Below, piece after piece: positions 1 through 10,256 of a stretch of 64,000 bases of DNA. The stretch covers positions 1-64,000 of IMG/VR virus record IMGVR_UViG_3300048927_000308, one strand, 5' to 3'. The number at the start of each line of letters is the position of its first letter. Within the stretch, counting starts at the first letter, position 1. Both the position numbers and the translations under genes were made by a program. A model generated the notes under the pieces. The model made no database searches. It saw only the letters and a list, made by a program, of their open reading frames with translations, and was not told where the DNA came from. This stretch comes from a virus.

Positions 1-2
1 GC

Positions 3-28
3 TTCCCCCAAACGAAGGTTATCAAGAA
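3..28 (-). other. Putative DNA-invertase crossover site (cix/gix/hix-like)
   Basis: Minus strand reads TTCTTGATAACCTTCGTTTGGGGGAA, a 26-bp imperfect palindrome resembling hixL TTCTTGAAAACCAAGGTTTTTGATAA. It encodes LDNLRLGE inside the fibre gene. Confidence 0.7.
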
Positions 29-929
29 CCTTTTGAATGGCTGCGTCCCCCTGGTCAGAGATCTCTTTCAGGAAGTTCGCAATCATCAAATACTGGTCGT
101 GAGGGTTATCTTTCTGCTCATGATTTTTGATGCCATCGCTCACCGCTTTTGGCGTCGCGGCCTTCTTCTGGTCGGCTGATTCATAAGAATCGCTAAACTC
201 AAGGCCTATATTTTTCTGCGCCTCAGCTACCGCTTTGTCTCCCTGATCAGCAATCTCACGAAGCAGGTTTTCGCTCTGCAAATACTGCGGATGCGGGTTC
301 GGCTTTCCTTCATGTGCGGCGATACCGTCACTAACGGCCTTCGGTGTGGCAGCCTTCTTCTCTTCCTGGCTTTCGTAGTCGTTGCTGAGCTCAATACCGA
401 TCGTTGCAACCTTTTTGCTGGTGCTGTCGATCATATCCTCGGTCAGCTGCGTCGCACCGGCAGGCACGTTTACGGTGCAGATAAGCAGCTCGCCCTCACC
501 CAGCACATAGCTATCGGTGTAGGTTTTGGCGTTGATCTCGGCCGCCTGGATATTCGATTTGGAGTTAACCTGATAGGTATCAGAGCCAAGCGTATAAACG
601 CCTTTCAGCACAATAGCGAATTTGGTGCCGGCAGAGAGCTGCAATGTCACGTCTTTTTGCTGGCGAATCGTGAGCTGGTAATCGTTGCCAATATTCACCG
701 AGGCAGAACCTGTATTGCCCTCGGCTCCCTCAGAGGTGATCACAAGCGCAAGACCACCGCCGAGACGAGGCAGGAACCCAGTGTAAAAGCCTTCTTTCAG
801 AATGCCGCGCAGCTTGCGGTTCAGTCCGGCAGATACGTATGGCTCATGGTATTGGACGTCGGCCACCAGCGCCAGCGTGGTCGGATCCGGGAAAGAAACA
901 GAGGAGATAACAACAGAATCGGTACTCAT
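3..929 (-). CDS. S: Tail fibre protein S, N-terminal constant region (partial, runs off the window start)
   Basis: Manual translation from the ATG at 929 gives MSTDSVVISSVSFPDPTTLALVADVQYHEPYVSAGLNRKLRG..., close to the P1 gpS N-terminus. AATPKAV fibre repeats are present and the gene lies downstream of R. Confidence 0.9.
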   Translation of the reverse strand, partial: MSTDSVVISSVSFPDPTTLALVADVQYHEPYVSAGLNRKLRGILKEGFYTGFLPRLGGGLALVITSEGAEGNTGSASVNIGNDYQLTIRQQKDVTLQLSAGTKFAIVLKGVYTLGSDTYQVNSKSNIQAAEINAKTYTDSYVLGEGELLICTVNVPAGATQLTEDMIDSTSKKVATIGIELSNDYESQEEKKAATPKAVSDGIAAHEGKPNPHPQYLQSENLLREIADQGDKAVAEAQKNIGLEFSDSYESADQKKAATPKAVSDGIKNHEQKDNPHDQYLMIANFLKEISDQGDAAIQKVLDNLRLGE

Positions 930-941
930 TTCTGCAATTCC

Positions 942-1391
942 TTATGCGAGAGTGGTATTAATGCCCATGACTGCGGTGTACGTTTTCCCTACGTACAGTG
1001 AGTCTTCCTGAACGCACATAATGGCGATCGGTTGATCGAGGTTATCCAGCACTACGAGGGTATTAAACGGATAACTCTGGCCATCAGTCAGCTGCGTCTG
1101 GTCCAGGTCCATGCGAATGGTGATCACGCCATTGGAATAGGTTGGCTCCAGCGGAATTGTGCAAAACTGACTGGTCATGTCAGTAAGCGCAAAATTACGC
1201 GGGAGATCGGCAATGTCGTAATCGCCGCTTTCATTTTTCGTGACCAGCGTACTAGTGCCGAACACCGCTTTACTGATCAAGAAGCGCTCGCCAATGCTGA
1301 TAGAAGATTCGGCACGGCGCTGGTAGTAATAATCAAGTATTTGGCTCTTGTAGAGCTTATCGGAGACAGTCGTTGTCATTTGGGGCTCCAT
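942..1391 (-). CDS. R: Tail fibre/baseplate-associated protein R
   Basis: 149-aa ORF between gp16 and S, as in P1. The start may be the ATG at 1379 after GGAG. Confidence 0.75.
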   Translation of the reverse strand: MEPQMTTTVSDKLYKSQILDYYYQRRAESSISIGERFLISKAVFGTSTLVTKNESGDYDIADLPRNFALTDMTSQFCTIPLEPTYSNGVITIRMDLDQTQLTDGQSYPFNTLVVLDNLDQPIAIMCVQEDSLYVGKTYTAVMGINTTLA

Positions 1392-1438
1392 AAAATCACA
1401 CAGAAGATCTGCCGTCTGATTTTATGGAAAGTGCGTTG

Positions 1439-2557
1439 TCACTCGCCCTGCTTACCTACTTCACTGTCGAGTAACAGCGAGTCGGCCTTCGAATCGTCGA
1501 ACAGAGCTGTCAGGCTATCCCAACCAGGCACAATCATGCCGCCGGCAGGCATAATGACGAGTTGAACGAACTGCGAGCCCTCCATCAGGTCTTGTGCCTC
1601 AGAAAACGGGATATATAGGCCACCCAAAGCCACGCTATAGAGAACTGTGGAGTCGCCGCTTTCAGCATGCACAGCCCAGACGTCAATCCTGTCGTCGAAA
1701 AGACCTTTCTCGTGGTAATCCAGGATCGCACCGTCTGCTTTCTCGCGGTCAAACGTGATAGAAGTAAAGTCTTTCGCCCCGCCCGGTGTCGCGATGACAA
1801 GAGAGATCGCCGTAATGTCATTGAAGCTGGCCACCTCATCAGCATGCTCGCTCCATTCAAACACTTTGTCAGTATCGGAGATGCTGATCAACGTGAACGT
1901 CTCAGGCGCTTCCTCGGCATAAACTGAGATATAAAGAGATAACCCGTCAAAAACGATATGTAGCGGTAGCAGCGGGCGCACAAACTGATTAAATTTGGTC
2001 AGTACGGCCTCGGTGATTGTGGCCTGATCTATCCCATCGGAATCAATCTCGCCGTCACCGGCCATAATCTCGGTAAGTTCGTTAATCGACACGCTGATCA
2101 TGCCGCGCGACGTCAGGAACATCTCGCCGTAGATGCCGCCGGTACTTGCCAGCGTACTCGCTGTAATTAGCACGGTCCCATATGGGTGTTTTTCGAGATC
2201 TACCGGTGCATACAGCGGCTCCCATGTAACGTTGATACCGTCAAACTCACGATAGATCGTCTGGTTAATCGGCCGGTCGGTCCCCTTAAAGTGGATCTCA
2301 TCGAGGCGCTGCTGTAGCAACATCGGCACTGAAGAGGAGTTTTCCGTGCGGATGGTAAAGAACTGGCCGAGTTCGTCCGTGCGCGTGGCCAGATCAGCTG
2401 CGTCCATCGAAAATATTGATTTCCGGTTGGTTATGCGGCTAAGCCAAGGCTCCACAAAGGAGCCCACCAGCGACTGGACGACATCAGCCAGCGAGGAGTA
2501 CAGCACGGACTCCTGTTTCGCCGAAGTCAGGCGGTTCTTAAACCATGACTTTTCCAT
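1439..2557 (-). CDS. Baseplate wedge protein gp16-like
   Basis: N-terminus MEKSWFKNRLTSAKQ and P1 synteny (bplA-16-R-S). Confidence 0.75.
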   Translation of the reverse strand: MEKSWFKNRLTSAKQESVLYSSLADVVQSLVGSFVEPWLSRITNRKSIFSMDAADLATRTDELGQFFTIRTENSSSVPMLLQQRLDEIHFKGTDRPINQTIYREFDGINVTWEPLYAPVDLEKHPYGTVLITASTLASTGGIYGEMFLTSRGMISVSINELTEIMAGDGEIDSDGIDQATITEAVLTKFNQFVRPLLPLHIVFDGLSLYISVYAEEAPETFTLISISDTDKVFEWSEHADEVASFNDITAISLVIATPGGAKDFTSITFDREKADGAILDYHEKGLFDDRIDVWAVHAESGDSTVLYSVALGGLYIPFSEAQDLMEGSQFVQLVIMPAGGMIVPGWDSLTALFDDSKADSLLLDSEVGKQGE

Positions 2558-3999
2558 TATGCGTCCGCACCCTCGTAATCAATGTCGAAAATGGAGTTTT
2601 CAACATCGAGATAAACAAAATCGAAGAGCCCATTCGATTCATGCCAGTCGGCAAACTCAAGGCTGAAGTCATGGAAGTAGCCTAGGCCTTCAATATAGGC
2701 CCACAGGTCTTTTTTCTTAATCAGGATATACTCGCCGACGTTTTTCGGATCAAAAGAGGTAGAGTCTGGCCCGAAGCGGCCTTCCAGCGCAGCGCGAAGC
2801 TCGCTAAGCACCGTAGCAGTGGTCAGGCTCGGTGAAATAACGCCGATCAACTCAACCCGGAACGGCAGCTTATTGACTGGTGTGTACGTAAATACCTTGT
2901 TGAGCTGATTTGGCACATTGCTGAAAGCATCCATTACCAGCGCCTCAAGCTCTTCCTGCGTCTTCTGTGGGTGCCAACCTGAGATAAAAATGTTGTTGAT
3001 GTTTTTGACGTTCAGCGCACCGTCCAGCCTTTCCTGCTCCCTCTCCCCCCATGCAGTAACCCACGTCATACCTGGGATATTGCGGATCAGAAAGTAGGTA
3101 TAGTCGCCACCCCACACCACCTGATTATCATATGCCAGGTAATACTGTGCGCGGTTACGCGTGACCTCTGTAGTTTCTGCGTCGGTACCGTTGGTGATCG
3201 GTGCCATTGTCTTTACAGAAATGTAGTTAGCCAGTTCGGCGGCGTTATCTATAGGTGTCAGGGTTTGCCCGGCCACGAGCGTTATATCACCGTTAGTACA
3301 CCAAATGCGCAGGGTGATAGTAGCCCCTTCCGGAGGGATTTTACCGATCTGGCCATCACCGAAGCGCACGCCGAGCTGCTCCGATGGCTTGTAAAATTCC
3401 ACGTAGATCTCGCTGTTATTGTTTGCGAGGCGGAACATGGTGCTGGGCTGCCACAATGTGTTGGTGCCGTCGATTTTAACGAACACCTCCATTTTGTGGC
3501 ATACGGCTGTCAGCTCTTTCGAAATAACCACTTCCAGAAATGGCTTCGCGGCGGTAACGGTATAAGTCACCTCCTGGATCTCCAGCTGCGCCACCTCCAC
3601 CGTTGCTTTACCGTCTTCGGTGAATTTACACTCGCTCATCGTCATATAAGGATACTGATCGTCAGAGATAAATGTGGTGTATTGCGGAATACTACCCGGC
3701 GCGCCGGGCGACGACGCGGTGATCTCTACCGGCCCGGTAGACGGCGAGGGTTTTGAGCCAACATAACCATTCGTTTCGGCGGCGGCCAGAATGGAGGAGC
3801 GTCGCGTCGCGGTCGAAATGAAGCCCTCCGCCAGCGCTGCATCTGCATACTGGTAGCAGCGATAGATAATCTGCGTGATAAACAGCGCCAACATGGACAC
3901 GAACTGCGAGCCCACAAAACGGGACCAGAACGAATCGTTTTCTACAAGCGCCTCAAATTCAGCCTGTACACTGGCTTTGGTGGGGGTTTGATTGCTCAT
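2557..3999 (-). CDS. bplA: Baseplate wedge protein BplA (T4 gp6-like)
   Basis: Motifs EGFISTATRRSSILAAAE..GY and VRFGDG..GKIP are typical of gp6-like wedge proteins; synteny agrees. Confidence 0.85.
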   Translation of the reverse strand: MSNQTPTKASVQAEFEALVENDSFWSRFVGSQFVSMLALFITQIIYRCYQYADAALAEGFISTATRRSSILAAAETNGYVGSKPSPSTGPVEITASSPGAPGSIPQYTTFISDDQYPYMTMSECKFTEDGKATVEVAQLEIQEVTYTVTAAKPFLEVVISKELTAVCHKMEVFVKIDGTNTLWQPSTMFRLANNNSEIYVEFYKPSEQLGVRFGDGQIGKIPPEGATITLRIWCTNGDITLVAGQTLTPIDNAAELANYISVKTMAPITNGTDAETTEVTRNRAQYYLAYDNQVVWGGDYTYFLIRNIPGMTWVTAWGEREQERLDGALNVKNINNIFISGWHPQKTQEELEALVMDAFSNVPNQLNKVFTYTPVNKLPFRVELIGVISPSLTTATVLSELRAALEGRFGPDSTSFDPKNVGEYILIKKKDLWAYIEGLGYFHDFSLEFADWHESNGLFDFVYLDVENSIFDIDYEGADA

Positions 4000-4000
4000 T

Positions 4001-4360
4001 TTAAATTCTCACTTCCTGTGTAATTACGGCACCCTGAATCTGGATAGTGACCACCAGTTTATCCATCGCATCCCCTTCCCGAACTGACAGACCGCTGATC
4101 GGCACATCCGGCAGGTCAACGACTAGCTTCGCCAGCAGTCGCGCCTCAATCGCGATCTGGACATGGGAGAGGTTGGTGGGTTCATGTTTGAACTGCGGAA
4201 GAATATTCCCCCATGCCGGATCACCGTAAATATCTCCCTGGAACGTGTTAAACCATTCGTACAGGCGTGCAGCCCATGCTTCATCCTGGGAGCCATAGGT
4301 TTTGACGCCGGAAAGCTCCAGCGCCAGCAGCGGATCGATTTCGTTATAGCTGGCCATCAA
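4001..4360 (-). CDS. pmgA: gp25-like baseplate protein PmgA
   Basis: 119 aa with G..YGDPAWG motif, located between sit and bplA. Confidence 0.75.
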   Translation of the reverse strand: MMASYNEIDPLLALELSGVKTYGSQDEAWAARLYEWFNTFQGDIYGDPAWGNILPQFKHEPTNLSHVQIAIEARLLAKLVVDLPDVPISGLSVREGDAMDKLVVTIQIQGAVITQEVRI

Positions 4361-7300
4361 TCCACCCTCGCATAGTCATTCATCAGCGGATCATTGATAG
4401 TCAGCGGAACGGAACTCATCACGCCGGGTTGCGGCGTGCTGACCTTAACAATCGTGCCTTTCTGCTTCGCCGCTTCTTTGGTGTGTCCCTCGATGCTGTC
4501 GAGAAGGTCGGTCATGCGCTTGAATATCCGTTTCGTCTCTTTATCAAGTGATACGGTATTATCTGCCAACTGCATTGTCGGTTTTGTCCCTGAGCCTCCG
4601 AGATCGCTTATCGTACGGCCGTCGAGTTGAATGCGCGCTGAAGGCTGTTGGATTGACGGCGGCGGCGGTAAAGATTCCGGGCGCACGTTCCCCATGGATG
4701 TTGTTGTACCAGTGCCATAGGCACGATCGGCCAGGGTTCCCTGCACCACCTCATGCCGCATACCTCGCGAGTTCATGAATTTGCTGACAAGATCGTCAAC
4801 GCCCGCGTTTCTGCCGATCTTATCGACCAGACCACCGACTTTGAAGGGACTGTCTCCGGGCGAGAACGTTAAACCGGTGCTTTCGTCAACTTTTGCTCCG
4901 GCCGAGACGCTTGCTGTATTTGATCCCGCGCCAGGTGTATATGCCGCTCCGCCCAAATAACGGGCGCGATGGGCATTAACCTTTACCGCGTACTCACGGT
5001 TTTCTTTCGAGAGTTCACCCTCTCCGCTCTTCCACTTATTTATTGTCCCGAACCCTGCGTTATAAGCAGTTACTGCTTCGTTCCAGTCCCCATTTGCCTG
5101 CTTCAGATATTTGCTAAGTAATGTTGCAGCTGCTTCAGCTGCTTTTTCTGGATTGTCGGCGTCCTCTTTGGAAAGCCCAACGTCTTTACGTGCAATGCTG
5201 GTGAACTGGAACATCCCACGAGCGCCGGTAGGAGAGCGCGCAGAAGGATCCCCTCCCGACTCAGTAGCAGCGACAGAGTAAAGAGCGCCTTCTGGAAGAC
5301 CTTTTTGTTGCTCAAGCGTTTTGAACAGTGGTGCCAGCCGCTGAAGATTCTCGGCCCCTTCTGAGGAAAGCTGATTGACCTTAACATTTGCGTTGCCGTT
5401 GTTATAAGTATCCGCCGCTTTCTGGATGTCATTCTTATCGGTGCCCGTGATGTTACTCGCCGCTGAGCGAGCGACGCTGGTTACAGCACCGGACGTTTGC
5501 CCAATTGAATTATGCAGCGATTCCGCACCCTTTTTCGCCACCTCACCGGCTTTTGAATGAAGGATAGCGTCAGCTGCTTTGGATACTTCGTTACTGGCAC
5601 TTTTCGCTACACTTTTGGCCTTTTCAACACCCTTTTCCACAGCGCCTGGCTGCTTATCATCCCCAGCCAGCCAGTGATAAGCCCCCTTCGCTCCGTTTTT
5701 GACAGAGGCCCAGGCTTCTTTTGCCTTATCTTTTGTTGAATCGACTACCTGCTCGGCTTTTTTCTTAATGCTCTCTACAGGGTGTTTGAAAAACTCGACC
5801 GCCTCACTGATTGCATCTTTGAAGAGCTTTCCTAGGTTGTCGAGAGTGAAAAATTTGACGATATCATCGAGCTTTTTGGTCAGGTCATTTTTAATGCCAC
5901 TGAACCAGCCCGAAACAGTCTGGCCAATCTTGTCTGTATATTCGGAAAATGTTTTGGATATGGTTTTGCCGAGATCTGAGAAAGAGTTTTCAAGGCTAGT
6001 CCAGTAACTATCGATCGTACGAGCCATATCCTCGGTAGTGAACTGCATCATTTTGCCGATGTCAGCAAAACCCATACCTTCAAGCACTTTGCCGAGCGCG
6101 CTGGAAATGCCCGAAACCAGGCCGCCCATATCCATCACATTCGCAGCGGTGAAAGCCGCTTTTTGCTGAAGCGTAGGATCCTGACCATCCTTCAGACCAA
6201 AAGCGCCACGCTGCGCGTCGGCATCATTCCAACCCGTTACCGCGTCATAAAGTGCTCCGGCAATCGTGCCGACGATAGGGATTGCTCGTAGAGCACCCTT
6301 CCCTACAGCCTTCATCCCCAGGCGGGACACACCCCGGGTAGCGATAGCCCCACCAGCAACTTCCGTTGCGGTTCCAGCTGCTGCACGTGAGCCGCCACCA
6401 AACAACGTACGAGTAATTTTATTGAGCCCAAACCCGCCGAGCGCCATGGCTCCGAGCTTACCGATTCCTCGCCCACCAGCTTTCAGCACCCCCCCACCCA
6501 AAACTTTCCCGAGCAAGCGGCCACCGAGGAGGCCGCCAATGATCTTCATCAGACCACTGCCACCCTTCCCCAACAGACTGAAGAGCTTTGAGATGACTCC
6601 CCCGCCCTTTTTGCCGGTATTTCCAGCTATTTTGTCCAAGCGATCGATAATTTTCTGGTCGCCTTCGCGTATTGCATCGGTCTGTTCGGACAGCTCTTCT
6701 ACTGTGCGTTTTTGGGTATTCAACTGCACTACATCGGCGCTATTTTTCGAGCGGCGGCCAAACAACCCTCGGCGAGACCTGTCATCATTTTTGCCTTTGA
6801 AGACCTCAGCCATAGATTTGCGAGCATTGTTTACGGTACCCCCCACTTCTTTGGTTATGCCGCCCAGCTCCTTACCAATAACCCAAAGCGGACCGCCAAC
6901 CGCGTAACCAACCGCATCAGCGGCCCGACTTTCTGACGGGTTTCCAACCTCACCGGCCGCTTTTACCAGCTTTTTGAGAAAGGATTCACGCTCATCTTGC
7001 TCATTGTCCTCATCACGATGACGGGCCTTTTCCAGCTGTACCGCTTTCGCTTCTTCGCTGGCTACCTTACTCCCTGCACCGCCGATGAACCGCCCCCGAG
7101 CATCCCTCGCGTTGCTTTTTGTCTGTGATTTTTCACTACCAGTACGGTTAAGGAGTTCGCGTGCTTGGGTTGCCGCTTCAACTCGTTGAGCAGGCGTAAT
7201 TGTTTCCTTCCGTTGCGCCGGCGGGCGTTTGTGTGCCTTTTCGGACTGCGGAGAAGTCACCACTACAGTAGGTGCTTGAGTTACTGGAGGTGTTGTGCTG

Positions 7301-7581
7301 GTAGGTCGTCTTGCCACCTGCATGCTATTTGCCGGCGCTGGTGCTTGGCCAAGGTTCAGCCGCTTCATTGCATCCGCAATTTCGTCGGCGGTCGCTGGAG
7401 CGTTCTGGTCTGTTATTTTGGCAAAGTCACGCGTGCTGGCAGCTACACTGCGAGGCATTTGAGGATTTTCTGTTAAGCTTTCTACAGCTTCTCGGATTAA
7501 TGCCAGTTGCTCCAGCTCTGCTGCACTGGCTGCATCTACCGCATCAATAATATCGCCAATCCCGGCGTTTTCTCTTTCCAT
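4357..7581 (-). CDS. sit: Tape measure protein with lytic transglycosylase (SLT) domain, Sit
   Basis: 1074 aa with Gly/Ala-rich helical repeats and SLT motifs TESGG, ARGMFQF and AYNAG. Confidence 0.9.
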   Translation of the reverse strand: MERENAGIGDIIDAVDAASAAELEQLALIREAVESLTENPQMPRSVAASTRDFAKITDQNAPATADEIADAMKRLNLGQAPAPANSMQVARRPTSTTPPVTQAPTVVVTSPQSEKAHKRPPAQRKETITPAQRVEAATQARELLNRTGSEKSQTKSNARDARGRFIGGAGSKVASEEAKAVQLEKARHRDEDNEQDERESFLKKLVKAAGEVGNPSESRAADAVGYAVGGPLWVIGKELGGITKEVGGTVNNARKSMAEVFKGKNDDRSRRGLFGRRSKNSADVVQLNTQKRTVEELSEQTDAIREGDQKIIDRLDKIAGNTGKKGGGVISKLFSLLGKGGSGLMKIIGGLLGGRLLGKVLGGGVLKAGGRGIGKLGAMALGGFGLNKITRTLFGGGSRAAAGTATEVAGGAIATRGVSRLGMKAVGKGALRAIPIVGTIAGALYDAVTGWNDADAQRGAFGLKDGQDPTLQQKAAFTAANVMDMGGLVSGISSALGKVLEGMGFADIGKMMQFTTEDMARTIDSYWTSLENSFSDLGKTISKTFSEYTDKIGQTVSGWFSGIKNDLTKKLDDIVKFFTLDNLGKLFKDAISEAVEFFKHPVESIKKKAEQVVDSTKDKAKEAWASVKNGAKGAYHWLAGDDKQPGAVEKGVEKAKSVAKSASNEVSKAADAILHSKAGEVAKKGAESLHNSIGQTSGAVTSVARSAASNITGTDKNDIQKAADTYNNGNANVKVNQLSSEGAENLQRLAPLFKTLEQQKGLPEGALYSVAATESGGDPSARSPTGARGMFQFTSIARKDVGLSKEDADNPEKAAEAAATLLSKYLKQANGDWNEAVTAYNAGFGTINKWKSGEGELSKENREYAVKVNAHRARYLGGAAYTPGAGSNTASVSAGAKVDESTGLTFSPGDSPFKVGGLVDKIGRNAGVDDLVSKFMNSRGMRHEVVQGTLADRAYGTGTTTSMGNVRPESLPPPPSIQQPSARIQLDGRTISDLGGSGTKPTMQLADNTVSLDKETKRIFKRMTDLLDSIEGHTKEAAKQKGTIVKVSTPQPGVMSSVPLTINDPLMNDYARVD

Positions 7582-7584
7582 GAT

Positions 7585-7722
7585 TTACCGCTTAGGTTTT
7601 AGTTTTTCTTTCAGTTTTTCCATCAGGAAAAACGCAAACGGCTCAGTCAGTAGCTCTGCGTCCCGTACCGGCATACCCCCATACAAAACCAGGCTGGATA
7701 CTAAGGTCTGATAGTCGTTCAA
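7585..7722 (-). CDS. Small tail/baseplate assembly protein overlapping the pmgB 3' end (TTG start or frameshift product)
   Basis: The alternative frame LNDYQTLVSSLVLYGGMPVRDAELLTEPFAFFLMEKLKEKLKPKR stops just before the sit start. Confidence 0.5.
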   Translation of the reverse strand: MNDYQTLVSSLVLYGGMPVRDAELLTEPFAFFLMEKLKEKLKPKR

Positions 7723-8545
7723 TCCCCACTTGTGGAAGGAAGTAGACAGGCCGAAACCTAACCCACAGACGGGTAGAAAATCCGCCTGTGGGCTCCTTGG
7801 CTTCATCGTTCGGACAGTAGTGTGGAGGCAGATGTAACAACGCCTGCCCTTTGTCGATATGGCATGGTAGACCGTGATCAAGGGTCTGCTGCGCCAAACG
7901 AATCTGTGCAGCAAGCTTCATAAACTCGGTGTCGATAGCCATTTTTTTAATTACTTCGAATCGCCGATCTGCTTGTTCCTCGCGGTTCCCACTTACATCG
8001 TGGTAGATTTCGCATTGGTATACGAACTCCCACAAACGCAGATCTACAATCGCATCGGCATATTCTGGATCTTCTTCAGACGGTAAGGCAGCGCGGCGTA
8101 GTTCAAGCATTTCCATAGCCCAACCATCCAGAGGAATAATCCGCCACTGGTGCGGCACGCCCTCTACACTGATCTCAATATCGTCGATATACGGTGGAAC
8201 ATCGAGCACCTGGATGCTCCCAGCCAGCTCGTTCATGTCACAGTCGTAATAATGTTCTTTACCGCAATGACGGCACGTATAGGTGAACGTTTCTACCGGT
8301 GAATCATGAGATCCGGTGTAAATCCACCAAAGCGCGGTACGGCGGTCCTGCGCCGTCCAGTGACGGGAATCATGTTTACCCGGCGTCGCTACAAGCGAAT
8401 TAAGATAAGCCGTGGTCTTCTGCTCTTCCTCATCGGGTGAGATTTTATTAAAGCGCATCGCATCGGCGATATTAGGCTGCCGGAACTGGATAATTTCCGA
8501 CGGCCGGGACGGTAAAGGAAAGTCTGGTAAGAGCATCCGTGCCAC
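7643..8545 (-). CDS. pmgB: Baseplate hub/tail assembly protein PmgB
   Basis: 300 aa with a CxxC motif, between tub and sit as in P1. Confidence 0.75.
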   Translation of the reverse strand: MARMLLPDFPLPSRPSEIIQFRQPNIADAMRFNKISPDEEEQKTTAYLNSLVATPGKHDSRHWTAQDRRTALWWIYTGSHDSPVETFTYTCRHCGKEHYYDCDMNELAGSIQVLDVPPYIDDIEISVEGVPHQWRIIPLDGWAMEMLELRRAALPSEEDPEYADAIVDLRLWEFVYQCEIYHDVSGNREEQADRRFEVIKKMAIDTEFMKLAAQIRLAQQTLDHGLPCHIDKGQALLHLPPHYCPNDEAKEPTGGFSTRLWVRFRPVYFLPQVGIERLSDLSIQPGFVWGYAGTGRRATD

Positions 8546-8550
8546 CTTTG

Positions 8551-9153
8551 TTATAGAGAAATGCTGAAGCCAAGCAGCGAGGCCAGAGAGCTGGTCGCCT
8601 GGTTAAATGTGCTGTGGAGGGCAAATGTCATCGGAAACGATTTAAACTCAGTGACCTGATCGCGTGCGTACGTCACATCACCCACAGTCACGGGGAAGAC
8701 CGTCATTTCGTTTTCCAGCTTTGTAACACCAGCTGCTAAAATTCTGTAAATCCTGATATTAAGAAGATAATCCCCCGGTAAATTGCCGGTGCCATCGCTG
8801 TTAACTACTCGGTTTTTTGCCGCTTTGAACCAGTCCATAACGATCCCGTCCACGGTATCCCGAACCATCATCGTTACCTGCCCAGGTTCGCGGCCCACTG
8901 GCTGCTGGATTGTGCCTCCGCCAATTTTCGTCGGCTCATACTCGACGCTGTAATCGTGGTATGTAATATCTTTCGCGAAAAAGTCAGCTCCCGCCAAGCC
9001 ATCCACCTCCACCGAGAACTGCCACCCCTGCGCAAACAGCATTTTGTTCATGATGACAGAGGTAAGTTTTCCAACCTTCCGTTCAGTCATACCAGAGCCA
9101 AACAATGTTGTAGTGACAGCAGAAGAGAGATAAGAAGAAACGCTCGCTACCAT
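8551..9153 (-). CDS. tub: Tail tube-fold protein Tub
   Basis: 200 aa with a T4 gp19-like pattern (WQFSVEVDG ... FPVTVGDVTY); synteny agrees. Confidence 0.75.
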   Translation of the reverse strand: MVASVSSYLSSAVTTTLFGSGMTERKVGKLTSVIMNKMLFAQGWQFSVEVDGLAGADFFAKDITYHDYSVEYEPTKIGGGTIQQPVGREPGQVTMMVRDTVDGIVMDWFKAAKNRVVNSDGTGNLPGDYLLNIRIYRILAAGVTKLENEMTVFPVTVGDVTYARDQVTEFKSFPMTFALHSTFNQATSSLASLLGFSISL

Positions 9154-9160
9154 GTGAGCC

Positions 9161-9727
9161 TCACTTTATCCACGACGAATAAAGCACAAACCCCGGGATA
9201 ATTGCCCGCGTCGCGCTCATCTGTGCTTCCAGATCCAGTTTGCGCTGGTAGAGCGTGTTTTCGTCGGCCAAGTTGTTCATGTCGAGTTTGCCTGCGATAG
9301 ATACGCGGCGCAGGCGGTCGGTATTAGGGATGGCAATAAGAGCTTCAAGATAATCAGCTACCACCCCAAAGATGTCGGTAGGCACCTCTCCTTTGTCCAG
9401 ATCCATATCACGCAAATTGGCCAGATATGTCATGGTGAGCGGGTAAATCGCATTACAGAGATCTTCCAGCTCAATCACACCGTCGTAAACGTCGGAGTAA
9501 ACCATATCGCCGGAGTGGTCGGTCACTGACACCAGTGCCAAAAAATCAGATGGTGTGTCAAAGGTGGTTGATCTGGTATCAGTTATGCGTACGCGCTTCA
9601 TATGCCCGGCGCGGTCTTGATACGTGCCAAGTGCCTGCCTTAACAAAGTTTCCAGCAGCGAAGGCTCATCAGCCAATAGCGGTACGAAGCGGAGCTTTAC
9701 GTGTTCAAGTAATTGTCGTGGAGTCAT
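9161..9727 (-). CDS. pmgC: Head-tail adaptor PmgC
   Basis: N-terminus [11 protein letters not shown], synteny, and an upstream late promoter. Confidence 0.7.
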   Translation of the reverse strand: MTPRQLLEHVKLRFVPLLADEPSLLETLLRQALGTYQDRAGHMKRVRITDTRSTTFDTPSDFLALVSVTDHSGDMVYSDVYDGVIELEDLCNAIYPLTMTYLANLRDMDLDKGEVPTDIFGVVADYLEALIAIPNTDRLRRVSIAGKLDMNNLADENTLYQRKLDLEAQMSATRAIIPGFVLYSSWIK

Positions 9728-9786
9728 GCCAACCTCGTAAAATCGGATCTTCAGCCGATTTTACGAGTTGTCATGTGTTAAGAAGG

Positions 9787-10254
9787 TTATTTGCTGCGCT
9801 TCAGGCAACCATCTTCCGGGGAGGATTTATAGAGCTCTGCGGCATTATGCATCGTGAAGCTGGCGATTTTTTCCCCCTCCACATAAGCGTCAACGGTCTG
9901 GTTAGTTGCATCGGGCGTATCACTCCAGAACGCGTACCAGTTGCTATCTGCCACTGAGGAACCTGTGCTGCTGATTGTATATTTCTCATTTCCAACAGAA
10001 AGGGTAATCGCCTTTTCATCAGAATCGAATTCATCATTCGGCCCTTCAAGAAATAGTATTCGATCCCCAGCAGCATCAGGCGAGCCAGTTTTATAGCCTA
10101 TGTCGCATGTAAAATTAAGAGTGGAGCCATCTTTGCTTTCTACAACATATTGCCGTGCTCCCTTCTCCTCTGCCATAACCCATTTACTGACATTTGCAGC
10201 TGCACTGAAGGACGTTAATAGCGTCAGTCCGATGAGGATTTTTGCTGATTGCAT
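9787..10254 (-). CDS. Secreted/periplasmic hypothetical protein
   Basis: Signal peptide MQSAKILIGLTLLTSFSAAA; two Cys; sits at the P1 sim/immI position. Confidence 0.75.
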   Translation of the reverse strand: MQSAKILIGLTLLTSFSAAANVSKWVMAEEKGARQYVVESKDGSTLNFTCDIGYKTGSPDAAGDRILFLEGPNDEFDSDEKAITLSVGNEKYTISSTGSSVADSNWYAFWSDTPDATNQTVDAYVEGEKIASFTMHNAAELYKSSPEDGCLKRSK

Positions 10255-10256
10255 GC

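Noticed and set aside
291-1001. 236-aa + strand ORF
   Set aside because: Antisense shadow of the tail fibre gene S, which the ORF track omitted because it runs off the window.
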